Part shown: piece by piece, positions 24,869-39,234 of the stretch | Numbering within the stretch: the first letter of the stretch is position 1 | Layout of the letters: each line of letters starts with the position of its first letter | Source of the DNA: the human T2T-CHM13v2.0 reference genome, Homo sapiens | Length of the DNA stretch: 64,000 nucleotides | Strand: one strand, 5' to 3' | NCBI RefSeq assembly: GCF_009914755.1 | Contig: NC_060927.1 | Made by a program: the position numbers and the translations under genes | Notes under the pieces: model-generated | Database searches by the model: none | Seen by the model: only the letters and a program-made list of their open reading frames with translations | Told to the model about the DNA's origin: nothing

Positions 24869-27800
24869 GTGAGTGAAAATTTTCTACCAGCTCCAAGTAA
24901 GGATCTCAGAATGTGCTTGGGTCAGGGGGAACAAATTATGGTGTTAAAACTTGGAGACAATGATCTTTATTTAGGAGGTAATAGCAGGAGATTATAAAAC
25001 CTTATTTCCATCCCTCTAAGAATGCCACAGTCTGCTTCTCAGCAGGCCCCAAAGAGTTTTTACCTCCCACTGGGGGGTGCAGGGGGGTGACAGTGCCCAG
25101 GGTCTGTTCTCTCACTCATAAAATGTTCAATTTATAGAACTCTTAGCCAAAGAGTTGTCTGTGCCACATAAAGAACTTTTGCCTCGAGGGTGGGGTGCCT
25201 TAAATAGTTTGGGCAACTTTAAGGTTTTTTTCCTTCCGATATTTCATCTTCATATGTGTGCACACACATACACGTATGTTTCTACATAATTATTGTTTAT
25301 GGCTTTCGTTCTGGTTTTTGCTTTTTAAAAATCAGTTATCTGAGTTCAAGGATTAACAGCTTGGGCTCTCAACACCGAGGGACAAGGGTCCAGAGATAGA
25401 AGAGGAATATTCTTCATTTGACTGCACCATGTGCAGTGTAGGGGTGGGAGGGAGAGAGATGAAAAGAAACCAAGCTGTGGACTTGAGCACAGAAATCTCC
25501 ACTCTGCCTGGAAATCAAAATAAGAGTTAAAGTCGATGGTACTGTAATAGAAAAACAAGTTTTTCCATTCAAATTTTCTGCATTAAAACTTTTCCTGCAA
25601 TTAGAAATTACATTAACGTATAAAAAAAGGTAAAATACAAACAAGTTCAACAGTGCATATAATAAAGTAACGCCATCACAGGAGGAAGGTGGTTTCTGAT
25701 GTTAGCTCTCTTCCTTAACTAGTTTTGGGATCATCAGCAAGTTCCTTAACTTGTCTAGACCTCTAGATAGGCTCTGTGCAATGAGGATGGTTGACGATAT
25801 AAGGTTTCTTCTAATTCAAATATTTGAGTATACTAATACATTATAATGAAGTCTCTTTTAAATCATTTAAAATTCTTTAGTAGTCAGCAGTATGATAGGT
25901 TCACTGCTTAATCAATTAGTTAATTGTCCTTAAGTGTGGCTTCTTAGGGTCTGAAATGAATGGTTTGGTAATTTATAAACAGGGGCTCCAGGAAACTTGA
26001 GGAATTGTGCTTTCATTTCCTGTCTTATTTTATGAGAATGTTGTAGGATTTTCAGTGCCCCTTGGTTGCGCTATTGAGACTCAAAATGCCCATTCCCAGT
26101 CTCCTCTGATGCTTTACATCACTAGACATGGGACAGTCCGTGGACATTAGATAGGATGAATGGGCCCATGAAACAAGGCCAGTCCCTGAGACAGCAGGAA
26201 AGTCCTTTGGCCTATAGTTATATGCCCTGTTGGCTGGGAGGAGGAACATAGGCATTCAAGAATCTATGGAGCAAGAATACACATTAGTTGCCTAGAGGGA
26301 GGAGCTCTAGTCTTCTGCTCTACTCATGTAGGGGTGAGAGAGGAATGATCCCGGGGCTCAGGAAGGGTGCAGTGGATGTCTTCCGGGGGTGAGTCCTGGA
26401 GCAGCCAACAAATGATGGAAACAGTGTCTCTGTTTCAGCCATGAGCAGCCATGGCCACTACAGATTCTCTGCTCTATGTCTCCATGGAATAAGCCTGCGA
26501 TAGACCCAGTGAGTTTGCCAGCCTGCTCAGCCTGGGCTTGTTTGATGTTGTCTGACTTCCTGTGCCCCAATTAGGATAATTCTTCATCTAACAACCAGTT
26601 TCATTGAAACTGGCACATTACACACACGAAATACAAATGTCCTTCTTGCTCCTAGCAGTAGTACACGCCCACAGAGTTTGCAAAAGTTTCCAAGTTTCCC
26701 TGTAGTGAAAAAGGAAGTGGTCAATATTCAGTCAGAGAAATGTTGTTTCCTTCTTCCTCCTTTTCTCCCCCTTTACATTTTGCCAAAGTTTATATATGTG
26801 TCTTGCTACCTGAAAACTCCCAGGAGTGTGGTTGAGGTCACTCAGTTAGTTGCAATGGAATTGGGGTTTAGTTAATACAAAGCCTACGGAATATACATAA
26901 TTTGGATTCTTATTGCAGTGCCCTCCACCCACCCACCCACCCACTCACAAGCTACAAATCTTCAGAGCACCCAGAGTAGAGATGGGGCTTCTCTTCTGGT
27001 CAACACTGGCTCATTTCAGCATGTTGGCAGAAGGCCCTTACTGCAGGCTCTGTTCCATGCACTGCGTACGCCCTCCCCCATGGGACACCTTGCATGATAG
27101 TAGCTCCAGAAATTCAGAGGGCATGCATGAGGATGTTAATTCTTCATTCCACCAAAGTTTGCAAATCTTGGCCAGCACCAAGAAGTAGACTTACAAAAAC
27201 ATCAGCCTGGTGGTGGGGAATGACTGCAAAGCTTCGAATGACCTTAAGACAGCCTCAGGTGTGGGGTAGGCCATTAGAAGTCTCATTGGCCATGCTGTCT
27301 CCTCAAGGGGCTGGATAGTCTTACTCTTGGTCAACATGTCAACTGCCTATGACAAAATGAAAGTGATCCTCAGAAAGTGATTCTGAGAAAGGGTGGATTC
27401 TCAACTGCAGGAACTTTATTGGGCTGATGAAGTGGACTGCTGTATTTCCCTAAACAGGTCGTCCAGGAATTATAAACAATTCTTTTTATTAGTGCTTAGG
27501 AAGCCCTCTCATAGTCTGTTTCTGCCTATATGAAGTAGTGTTTTAATCACACGGGATTATGTGCATATTACTACCTACTCCATCCAAGGGTAGTGGGGTA
27601 TGTGTGTGTGCACATGTGTGTGCATGCGTGTTTTAATTTCAGCATTCAGCATGGGTTACGCAGCCCCCTCCCACGTACTGTGGAAGCATTCACATCTGCT
27701 CTCTAGTTTGCTGTGTAATCCCATGAGTTCTCATGACTGTTAAAACCTTTTCCACTTTCCTGAAAACCTGCCTTTTGCTCCTGTCAGTTCCAGGACACAG

Positions 27801-27880
27801 ACTGTGTCCCTTTTCATTTCTTCTCTCCTGTTTGGGCACATTATTTATCTACACCTCCTCATATGTCTTCTTCCCCATAG

Positions 27881-27951
27881 ACTGGAGACTTTTTTGGTGA
27901 GATCGAGGGAGCTGTGATGAACAAATTGCTAACAATGGGCTCCTTTAAAAG
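27881..27951 (+). CDS. CACNA2D3: CACNA2D3 coding exon (71 nt, phase 0-2): TGDFFGEIEGAVMNKLLTMGSFK(R)
   Basis: ttccccatag| and AAG|gtaagg; GxFFGE motif of the alpha2delta family. Confidence 0.97.
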
Positions 27952-29699
27952 GTAAGGGTTTTATGGTCCACTGCATTCCCCCCAAAAGTTTTCCTAAATA
28001 AAATAAAACAAGCCAAGGTCAAATAAAGCAAGCCCAGACTTGACCCTGTGGCTGGTTTTTACTTGTGTTCATGCTCCAAAAGATCTCTCTGAAATTCGAT
28101 GCCTCTTGCACGAGTGTTAGAGTGTTAGAGTCTTAGAAACTCAGTTCACAATGAGTTTCCTGTTCACCCAGCAGAGCATTTATTGGAGGCCAGTATTGAA
28201 GTAGGAGGCTGCACTGTGATGTGATTATGTCAGTCTGAAGCAAGTCACTGCGAAGAAGTAGGAAAGGTTTTCACCTGGCCGGAAGGGTGGAGTGTATTTT
28301 GTCTCCTATTGATTAACCTGGGAAGCTCCCTAGAAATCTGGAACTTGGGGATGAAAGGTGGTATTTAGAGACTTCTTGATGTTGTTTTAGAAAATCAAGT
28401 GAAAATTCTCAAAATCCGCTCTTGATGGAGGTAAGTTTAAGTCTGCTTCTGGAAGAAAACCTAGATGGTGCCAAATTCCACAGGTGGCAGATACTGACTA
28501 CTCATCCAGGTGTAAGAACTCTCGCTGATCCTGAATAAAGCTTGTGTAGAGCAGCTTCCTTATGGCCCCATGTCCCTCATGGGCAGGCCAGCCATGCTCT
28601 TGGGAATACCTAAACTTCTGGGAAAAGCCATCATCCCATGAGATCGGGTGTTAGAATGCCTCCCTGGGGGTCCATGCTGTCTCCCTTCCCTTGGCCTCCC
28701 AGGAAGAATGTTAGCCTTTCAAGTGGTGCTTTAATGGGCATATTTGATGCTGTTAAATATATAATGGCAGGAAATGCAAGGATGGCCCTCCAGCTTCCCT
28801 GAGAGATCCATTGCACATCGGTGGCCAGTGGGTAGGCAGGCCCCTGGTTTATTACTCTTCTGCGGCTGAATGGCTAGGAAGTGTTAGCTCAGGAAATCAG
28901 ACTTTTAAGCTAGTCAACAAGACCAACTGAGCACTTTGCTGAAAGCAGGGAATTCAAAAATGATGACCCAGTGTTTGAAATTCCATAGCTTGTTTGTGCC
29001 AGAAGGGAAGAAAAAAAAAAGAAATGATATAAGAACCTGGCCTAGTGCCAGCACTTCTGCAATCTCTGACATACTTGCTTGCTCTCAGGCCTGCCTGTAG
29101 CAGATCGTCCCCTCCTGCTCCCTTCCCTTCTAAAAAAAATTCAAGTACAGTTTTCTTCTTTGCTGGGAGTCATTGTACACATGCTTGAAAACTCTGCTTG
29201 GATCTGGGCTGGAGTGGCTGTGGAGTTTTCCACCACTTCTTCAAGCTTCCTGCAGCAGCTCCTGGCCTGCCATCCACGGCACCACTGACTTTTCCTATCT
29301 TTATGTGGATGTGTGCATTTGTATCATGTTAACTTCTTTTCAACTTGGTGGGGGGAGGAGACAAAAGATGAGGAATAATCGCACACGTGTTTCTCATTTG
29401 AAAGCACATTTTTCAACTTCTTTAACAAACCTATTTTTTCCTCTCCCTCTTGGATATTCCTTTCAAACTGTTTGGTGGGAGAAAGAGAAAGGGTGTAATG
29501 GAATTTTGAACCTCTAGTCTTCTCCTTCATGTGGGTGAAGTACAGTTGGCATGAATCTAGAACTTCCTTTTACTACAAGAGTAGCCAACATATTTGAGAA
29601 AAAGGAAGGGCTGGGAACTCAGTTATTACAGCAACTGCTGTCATCCAGGAGCAAGTTGACAAACCTCCTGGGCTTCTTTGACGGGCCTCCTCACTGGGG

Positions 29700-29945
29700 C
29701 CAGTAGAGCATTGAGAGTTTGATTTTTGGAGTCAGACAGACTGGGGTCAAATCTAGGCTCTGACATTACCAGCTGCTTGATTTAGTCAGATTACCTCTCC
29801 AAACACTGGTTTCTCTACATGGAAAATGAAGATGACAATAATTACTTCCAAGGGTTGCTGTCAGAGCTAGTGAGATCATAGTAAGCATAAAGTTCTTAGC
29901 ACAGAACTTGGCATGTATGAAGAGCTCAATTAGTTGTGAGCTGCA
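29700..29945 (+). mobile_element. MIR SINE
   Basis: tggagtcagacagactgggg..agggttgctgt..cttagcacagaacttggca. Confidence 0.75.
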
Positions 29946-30363
29946 GCCATGATTTTTGTTGTCGATCTTTGTTCTGTCTTGAATTTGCTTTCCACTTAGC
30001 ACCAGGTATTGCTTCATCTACATTTACACGTCTCCCTACAGGCTTCCTATGACACCATATGATGGGTCTCTGGTGTTGGAGGACCACAGTCCTTGCAATC
30101 ACACATTTGTGCCCTTGCCTTTCCCAGCATGCAGTGCTTGCTCAGAGCATAAGGTTGACACTCCTGTCATTCAGAGAAGATCTATAGTTCAGAAGCAGTG
30201 AAAGGATATAGTTGGCTGTAACTGACAGCACTCTGGATCAGAAGTCATGCACCATATTGAATTGAGCCCACCCTCAAACATGGGTTACATGAAGCTGCGT
30301 TGCTCTGGTGCTGTGGTTAGCCCAGGTGAAACTCGAGATCAGTTTACTGTGCTGACCCCTCAT

Positions 30364-30384
30364 CTCAGCATCTTGGACAGCACC
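30364..30384 (+). promoter_or_regulatory. Candidate RE1/NRSE (REST-binding) silencer
   Basis: CTCAGCATCTTGGACAGCACC versus consensus TTCAGCACCNNGGACAGCGCC; one core mismatch, canonical 2-nt spacer. Confidence 0.55.
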
Positions 30385-30446
30385 GGGCTGGCCCTCAGTT
30401 TCTTTATCTGATAGTCTTATACCCAGTCCTAAAGAAACAAATTTCA

Positions 30447-30749
30447 GACCGGGTGCAGTGGCTCACGCCTGTAATCCCAGCACTTTGGGAGGCAGAGATG
30501 GGTGGGTCACTTGAGGTCAGGAGTTCAAGACCAGCCTGGCCAACAAGGTGAAACGCTGTCTCTACTAAAGATACAAAAATTAGCTGGGCATGGTGGTGTG
30601 TGCCCATAATCCTAGCTAATTGGGAGGCTGAGGCAGGAGAATTGCTTGAACCTGGGAGGCGGAGATTGCGATAAGCCGAGGTCATGCTACGGCACTTCAG
30701 CCTGGGTGACAGAGCGAGACTCCATCTCAAACAAAAAAAAGAAAGAAAG
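30447..30749 (+). mobile_element. AluS
   Basis: Alu dimer; 16-bp TSD aaagaaacaa(a/g)tttca. Confidence 0.95.
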
Positions 30750-31346
30750 AAAGAAACAAGTTTCATGCACAAGAACTCCACAAACCATCTTCTCCAGAAA
30801 GACAGAGCTCCAAGAGGAGAGCACTACCTCCCTTCATAGCCTCCCCTTTGTTTCTCTGTCTTGGTCATTTTGCTGCCTCTCTCCAGGGAAGCAAGGTGAT
30901 GCTTGTCTGGGTGACAGCAGACCTCTCCCCTGACCATTCTGACCACTCACCTCGTGACCCATTGGCTGTTCTACCTGACAGTGCCATCAGAGGGAAAGAA
31001 CATCCACTTCTGGGTCTGTAGTGCAGGCAGAAGGAAAACCACTGATTTATGTGAACAAATTAACAACTTGAAAGAATTTTGAGAAAGTCTCACAGCAGCG
31101 TGTGAAACAATCTAAGAGGCAAAATTGACCACTCTTGGGCACTTTAGTTGACTCTTTGACCTGACTCTAGCCAGCTTACATATGACCTAGTATCCAGGAT
31201 CCAACTCACAGACCAATAGGTTCAGCAGCATGACAGTAATAATCATGGCTGCGTTCGCTGAGCACCCACCAGACTCCAGGCTTGGCTTGTCCTTGACAGA
31301 TCTTACCTCTTTGCAGGCTTTCCAGTAACTCTGAGACAGGCATAAA

Positions 31347-31720
<374 letters not shown>

Positions 31721-32929
31721 TCTTGCAACTATGAAGAGAAAATCTAGTCTCAAAATCCTTTCATTAGAATTTGTTTACCCCTGGTAATGCAAATTCAATG
31801 TTGTCATGTATCTAGGGAAAAGGGAGAAAATACAGCCTGTCATAGGAGTCTTCTTCTTTCAAGGTTCCTGACGGGGCCTTTGTGATACTCTGGACTTGAA
31901 ATAAGAAGACTTCAGGTTGAGCACAAGATTCTCCACTGTGTGGCCATGGACGGTGTCGTCAGCCTCTCTGAGCCTGTTTCTTCATTACCAAAATAGGGAT
32001 CTCAATGGATTTTCTGAGAATTAACTAAAATACAATATGTTAAAATGCTTTTCAAATTGCAAAGCCATTGCAAACAGGAGATAAGAATACCTTTTGAGTA
32101 GAGTTCCATATGTCTGAGTTCTTCTTATTTTCCAATTTTCTCCTGTTTTGTTTTGTTTGTTTGTCTTATTTTATCACTAATAACCCCCAAAGGATAGTTA
32201 CTACATAGCAGTTACCTTTACAGCACAGTGTTGGGGTGATTCATGGACCTGAACTCTCTTGTGCGTTAGCATCCCTGGGGACCTTTAAAAACACTCCAAG
32301 TTCAAGCTGCAGCCCAAGAAATCGTATATTAAGTTGATTTGGGGATGTTGCCCAGGCACTTGTGCTCTTTAAAAGCTTCTCTGTGATTCTCATGTGCAGC
32401 CAGCATCAAGACACGAGGTTAAAAGCATGGTAGCAGTCTAGCTACTACGCTCTTAGGAGTCACCTGATCTTTGCAGCAAAATAGGATGAAAATAATTATT
32501 CATATACCTACAAGTGAGGGATATATGGAATGATATGTGAGTAACTGAGGTGTCCCCAGCTTAAAGGTACATACATGCCTACAGCCCACCCTCCTGAGTG
32601 TGGGCACTCAGCTTCCTTCCTGGATGTCTCCCATTGTGACCACAGGGGAGATCCCTGCAGGACACAATCAGCTGGCACAAATGAATCATATCACAAAGTG
32701 AGAGCTCCTGGCGGTCCTCTCTGATCCACAACTTCTACCTTTCTCTGTTTCCTCTGTTCTTTCTCCTCTTTTTAGACTTCTAAGCAATGTCTGAATCCGT
32801 CTCTTCCTAGAGGGAAGAGCCCCCAGCCCATCTTTTTGAGGTCAGCTTCTTGGATTATCTTCTTGTCCCTGCATCCTCCCCTTAGGGTGTGATGGGAGGG
32901 GCCCCCACCTTCAGTGTCTTGATGGTGCT

Positions 32930-33375
32930 TGTGTTAGTCGGTTCTCACACTGCTATAAAGAAATACCTGAACAACAAGAAAAAAAAAAAAAAGAAAAAAG
33001 CAGTACCTGAGACTGGGTAATTTACAAAGAAAAGAGGTTTAATTGACTCACAGTTCCACAGGCTGTACAGGAAGCATGGCTGGGGAGGCCTCAGGAGACT
33101 TACAACCATCACGGATGGTGAAGGAGAAGCAGGCATGTCTTCACATGGCTGAAGCAGGAGGAAGAGGGAGGAGGAGATGTGCTAAACACCTTAAAACAAC
33201 GAGATCTCGTGAGCACTCACTCACTATCACAAGAGCAGTACCAAGGGGGGAAATCTGCCCCCATGATGCAATCACTTCCATCTGCCCCCATGATCCAATC
33301 TCGGCCCCACCTCCAGCATTGGGGATTATAGTTCAACATGAAATTTGGGTGAGGACACAGATCCAAACCATATTA
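32930..33375 (-). mobile_element. MaLR solo LTR (MSTA/MSTB)
   Basis: tgtgttagtc..gactgggtaatttacaaagaaaagaggtttaattgactcacagttc..atccaaaccatatta; flanks GTGCT/GCACT. Confidence 0.88.
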
Positions 33376-34039
33376 GCACTTTACTCTCCTAGAGGCCCCT
33401 GGGGGGCACTGGAACTACTGATGCTAGGGCAAAACACTAAGCACATAGACAGCAAGGATAACACTCTGGGTTAATCTCAGGTAGGGCACCTTGCTCCAGC
33501 AAAATATCTAGCAGATTGCTAGTAAGACATGAAAAAGCAAAGGCTCTTCCACCCTTTTCCAATTCCTCTCCTCCCTTCCCCTTGTAAGTAATGTAATACA
33601 TCTTGCCTGAGTTCTGCGGAGCTGGGCACCAACCTGGACATGAAGTGCCATTTGTTACATGAGAAGCACAAATATGACTTTTAGGACATTTGAGCCAGGG
33701 AGACCGAAGGGAAAGTTGAAATGAGTTCAATATGGAGCCCAAGGAAAGAGCAAGAGCCTTCAAAAAACAGGTAAAGAAAGAAATCTTTACTGAAGGATGA
33801 AAATGTGGCTGTTATCAAATATCCAGAACTTGAGGGTTTGCCCTGGGTTTTTTGCTTTTACCAACATACTTGTGATTTCTGGAAAGACCAAAGGCTCTTC
33901 CCTTGTTCTTTGTCTATCTGATTATGCTGGAGGCCAGAAAGACCAATGGAGCACACCTGGCCCTTGGCTTGCCAGGAAATGGACTGCTCTCGTCGAGCCA
34001 CCAGTAGTACCTATCTTTCATGGCCATTGTCTTATCTGT

Positions 34040-34080
34040 CTCTCTCTCTCTCTTTTTTTTTTTTTTTTTGGTTGCAACTG

Positions 34081-34122
<42 letters not shown>

Positions 34123-34135
34123 GTGTGTGTGTGTG
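34040..34135. repeat. Compound (CT)n-(T)n-(TG)n microsatellite
   Basis: Read directly. Confidence 0.9.
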
Positions 34136-35138
34136 GTTTTGCGTGGTTTTTGTTGTTTGTATTTCTGCTGTGCTTGGTGCAACACGCTTGAGCTTTTACC
34201 TGTCCAAGGCCATTCATATTTTCCCTATGGGATCTGGCAAATGTCCTTGTCGCTGCACCCCACAAGTGTTCATTAACATGGCTGGCTTGTGTGGAATTCC
34301 CTGTGGCAGCTTCTGCTATTTAAATCACCTTTCTAAAAGGTGACACATCCAGGTAGAATCCAAGATCTGTATCATTTCTACTCCTGTCTCTGTGTGGTGG
34401 GACTTGGGAGCTTTCCCTGTCTTTGGTAATCACATTACACTTCAGCGAGTGCCCTGGCCTTGGAGTGTAGAGAGTGTTAAAGGAGAATTCTGTTATGTTT
34501 GGATGGCTGCTCGCCTTTAATGCCGACTGCCCCGCTGATGTCTAATACTCAACAACTCATGTAATGAGTGTAATGGCTTCGTGGCTTCCTGCTGACCTGA
34601 CCATGTCCTCAGAATTATGCTTTGTCAGAGGTGGCATTGAAGGGAACAAGGAGACAGATTGGTTTGGACAAGTATATTTCTGGGCCAAACTTTCTGGAAG
34701 GCAGAGACATGGAGCTTCCAATGAACCACTCTTTAAAATCCAAAAGCTGCTGCTTGAGCATCCCCAGTTACAGCAATAACAGTAACTGCCCTCATCTTCA
34801 TCATCATGCAGTCTGTCTCACTTATTAAATACTAACTATAGGCAAGGCATTATTCCAGGCAGTTAACATGCATTACCTTAATTAATTCCCATCACAATTC
34901 CATGAAGTAACTACTATTATTATTTCCATTTGACAAACAAGGGACTAGAAGTGGAGGCTCCCAGCAACTTGTCAAGCTCTCTCACAGGCATGAGTGAGAA
35001 GACAGAATTTGAACTCATGTCTCTCAGATTCCAGAGCATGTTCTCCTGATAACCATTCATGTCTTCTCCATAGTTGGAGCAGACTAGCATATCTTCTGCA
35101 GAGTTTTTCTTTTTACATTCATATTTGCTCTGCCTTAA

Positions 35139-35484
<346 letters not shown>

Positions 35485-35504
35485 TAATCAAACTTAGAGT
35501 CCAA

Positions 35505-36000
35505 TGTATTAGTTAGAATTGGTCCAGCCACAAATAACAGGAAAATCCAAATTAACAGGGACGACTTAAAGAACATAAGAGGTCTTTTTTCATCTCTTAT
35601 GGTAAGGAAGTCTAAAAATACTAATTTGGGACCCTCACGTTACAGACCCAGGACCACAACTTTTTCTTCTACCTTTCTCCAAGATGGCTTTTAAGTTCAA
35701 GGTTACCTCATGATTCAATGTAGCTGCTGAGCCCCAGCCATCATATCTGCAATTCAGGCTTGCAAAAGAAGAGTTCAGGGAGTTCCAAAAGCTCCAAAAG
35801 GCCAAGTTTCAAATTACTTTTTAATAAATGCTTTAAATAAGATTTTTAATGTATTAAGCAGCCTCCCATACAATACTTGTGCTTAATCACTTGGCCTTAC
35901 CTCACTACAAAGGAACCTGGGAAATGTGCATATTAAAAAGTCAGAGTTCTGCTCACCAGAAGAGGAGAATAGTTATTGTGAAACTACTGATAGTTTCTAC
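35505..36000. mobile_element. Old MaLR LTR (MLT1J/K/L-like)
   Basis: tgtattagttagaat..caaataacaggaaa..tacaaaggaacctgggaaatgt; highly degenerate. Confidence 0.45.
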
Positions 36001-36958
36001 CACATCCAGCATGCCCCAGTTTGCTTCAAACTATATGAGTCCTCTGGCTTCCTCTGATAACCCCTTTGGAACTCCTTGAGTGATGGGGCTGTATTCATAA
36101 CTCTTCTCCTAGTCTTCCCTCCCCACAGCATGCCCAATGCGGTCCTGAACACAGATTGTCATAGCCACCTTCTAACCACCTGTCCGTGTGCCTGCCTGAC
36201 CCCAGACAATGGAAGTAGGAACATTCAATAACACCTGTTGGGTTTTATGAATAATAATCATAACAGCAGCAATACCAACACTCAGAGGTAGTAACATTTA
36301 TTAAGCCTCAATGACATGCCCCACACTGCCAAGTGCAGTACAGGCATCATTGTGGTGTAGTTGCTATGAAATATAGACCTGGCTTCACGAATGTGGCAGA
36401 GCCCAAGGACGCTTCCCCAGAATCAGCTCTCCTGCTTCAAATGGGTTTTGCATTAACTCATTCCCAAAGCAGAATTCAGCTTTTTCCTTCTAAGGAGACA
36501 AAAGAAATTTAATATTTTCTATATTGAATTAATTGTGATTCCATTTTCCCCTTCAGTTTCATAAGTGAAGCTAAGTTCCATGGGAGGGGCTGCGTGAATG
36601 GGCAAACCAGCTGGCAGCTAGGTGCATTTACTGGGCACCCATGAATTTGATCACTTGCCCCAGGAGCAAAGCAAATGCGGTTGGTAGAGCAACATCCGCT
36701 CTGAGTGGGGACAGGGACTGTCTTGATGCTTGAAGTTTGTTGGTCTCCCCAGGGCCACCTTCTTTCAGAGGACCCTCTCTTCTTGGCTCTGGGGCACTCA
36801 CACTTGTTTATCAAATCAGTGCTGCTCTCCAGGACAATGGGAAACTGTTTATCCTTGAGGTTTGCAGGTGGCACCTCCTATTTGGTGAGTCAAGGAAGTA
36901 CCCCTGAATGTGTCCAGACTGGTAGTAAGCCCTGGGAGGATGCGTCTGGGTTTTAAAG

Positions 36959-37390
36959 TGGAACCAACCCAAATGCCCATCAATGATAGACTAGATAAAG
37001 AAAATGTGGCACATACACACCATGGAATACTATGCAGCCATATAAAAGGATCAGTTCGTGTCCTTTGCAGGGACATGGATGAAGCTGGAAACCATCATTC
37101 TCAGCAAACTAACACAAGAACAGAAAACCAAACACCACGTGTTCTCACTCATAATTGGGAGTTGAACAATGAGAACACATGGACACAGGGAGGGGAACAT
37201 CACACACCGGGGCCTGTCAGGGGGTGGAGGACTAGGGGAGGGATAGCATTAGGAGAAATACCTAATGGAGATGATGGGTTGATGGGTGTAGCAAACCACC
37301 ATGGCACATGTATACCTAGGTAACAAACCTGCACATTCTGTACATGTATCCCAGAACTTAAAGTATAACAAAACAAAAAATAAAATAAAT
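36959..37390 (+). mobile_element. L1PA (about PA7/PA8) 3' end, 5'-truncated
   Basis: ORF2 C-terminal tail plus 3'UTR and A-rich tail. Confidence 0.92.
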
Positions 37391-37617
37391 AAAGTCCAGT
37401 TCCTGCCTGCAAGCTACTTACAGTTAAGGTGAGAGGGGAAGAAACAACACAAGAAAATGCAAGTGAGGTATATCACATTCTAAAATTCATGGCTGTCAAA
37501 CCTGTTTGCACATTAGAATTCCTTGGGGAGCTTAAAAAATAGCCCCACCCCAGACTAATGAAATATTGCAGATAGGAGGTGAGATGCTAGGTATCATCAT
37601 GTATATAAAATTACTTT

Positions 37618-37945
37618 GGCCCGGCTCAGTGACTGATGCCTGTAATCCCAGCACTTTGGGAGGCCTAGGTGGGGGAAGTGCTTGAGCTCAGGAGTTCGAG
37701 ACCAGCTTGGGCAACCACATCCAGCACGTGAGACCTCATCTCTACCCACCCCCACCCAAAAAAAAAGAAAAAAATTAACTAGATATGGTGACATGCACCT
37801 GTAGTCCTAGCTATCCAGGAGGCTGAGGCAGGAGGATCGCTTGAACTGAGGAGTTGAAGGCTACAGTGAGCTATGTGCCACTGCACTGAAGCCTGGGTGA
37901 CAGAACAATACCCCATCTCAAAAGAGAAAAGAAAAGGAAAGAAAA
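37618..37945 (+). mobile_element. AluJ inserted in a MER5-type element (~37480-38000)
   Basis: gcttgagctcaggagttcgag, AluJ-like; MER5 motifs either side (ccaggtgattcc..gttgagaatcactg). Confidence 0.88.
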
Positions 37946-38325
37946 TTTATTTGAAGTTCCCCAGGTGATTCCAAAGGGCAGCCAGCGTTGAGAATCACTG
38001 TTTTAAACAAATGCCAATGTGTATGCCTTAGGAATTGAGAGTGAGTTTACATCCAATTTTCCAGATTCTTCGATGAGGCCTCATCAGAGGCCCATGAGAT
38101 CCCTAAGGAGCAAGATATCCCTTGGGAATTCATGTTTGGGAAGCAGTTTAAGTGTGCAGCTTTAAACTATGAGACCTGGACTAATAATCCAGCCCCTTTG
38201 ATTACTAGTGTGCTGATAATCTTGGACCTGTGACTTCATCTGTCTGAGACTTAGTTTCCCCTTATATAAAATATGACCATCAGAGATAATGTCAACACTG
38301 CTGACAGAAAGTAATCAATTAATTC

Positions 38326-38641
<316 letters not shown>

Positions 38642-38910
38642 TAATTCTTATGGTTACTGTTCTTCTTACCTGGGTAAGATGCTGATGGGATTAATATCTC
38701 AGTATCTACAATTTTGTTTCTCTTTATATTATCAGCACCTGTTGATGAAAGGTGTTGATTTGGTGCCAACAGACCCTCTGCTTAATCCACCAAATGAGTG
38801 ACGCTTTCTTGTTGCTCCCCATTCAGTGTTCAGCAGTGAACCCTGGGAGGTCCTGATAGCCTGTGTGGTTTATTCTTGGCTAATGATGGGTGCTCATTAG
38901 CTAAAGTTGG

Positions 38911-38921
38911 TTTTTGTTTTG

Positions 38922-38952
<31 letters not shown>

Positions 38953-39234
38953 GAGATGGAGTCTTGCTCTGTCGCCCAGGCTGGAGTGCAGTGGCGTGGT
39001 CTCAGCTCACTGAAAGCTCCGTCTCCAGGGTTCACGCCATTCTCCTGCCTAAGCCTCCCGAGTAGCTGGGACTACAGGCACCTGCTACCATGCCCGGCTA
39101 ATTTTTTATATTTTTAGTAGAGACAGGGTTTCACTATTTTAGCCAGGATGGTCTCGATCTCCTGACCTCATGATCCGCCCGCCTTGGCCTTCCAAAGTGC
39201 TGGGATTACAGGCGTGAGCCACCGCGCCCGGCCA
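38911..39234 (-). mobile_element. AluY with (TTTTG)n tail
   Basis: AluY diagnostics ttcacgccattctcctgcc and ttagccaggatggtctcgatctcctgacctc; TSD agctaaagttg. Confidence 0.93.

Noticed and set aside
24809-24997. ORFs extending past real exons (also 49593-49796)
   Set aside because: Read-through beyond the GT donors into intron; only the spliced portion is coding
28477-28490. CTCF-like TCCACAGGTGGCAG
   Set aside because: 5' part departs from the core consensus; cannot be supported without a matrix score or ChIP
30404-30781. Alu-, L1- and MaLR-derived ORFs (this one and e.g. 33043-33474, 36910-37323, 45154-45465)
   Set aside because: Translations of repeat consensus sequence, not genes
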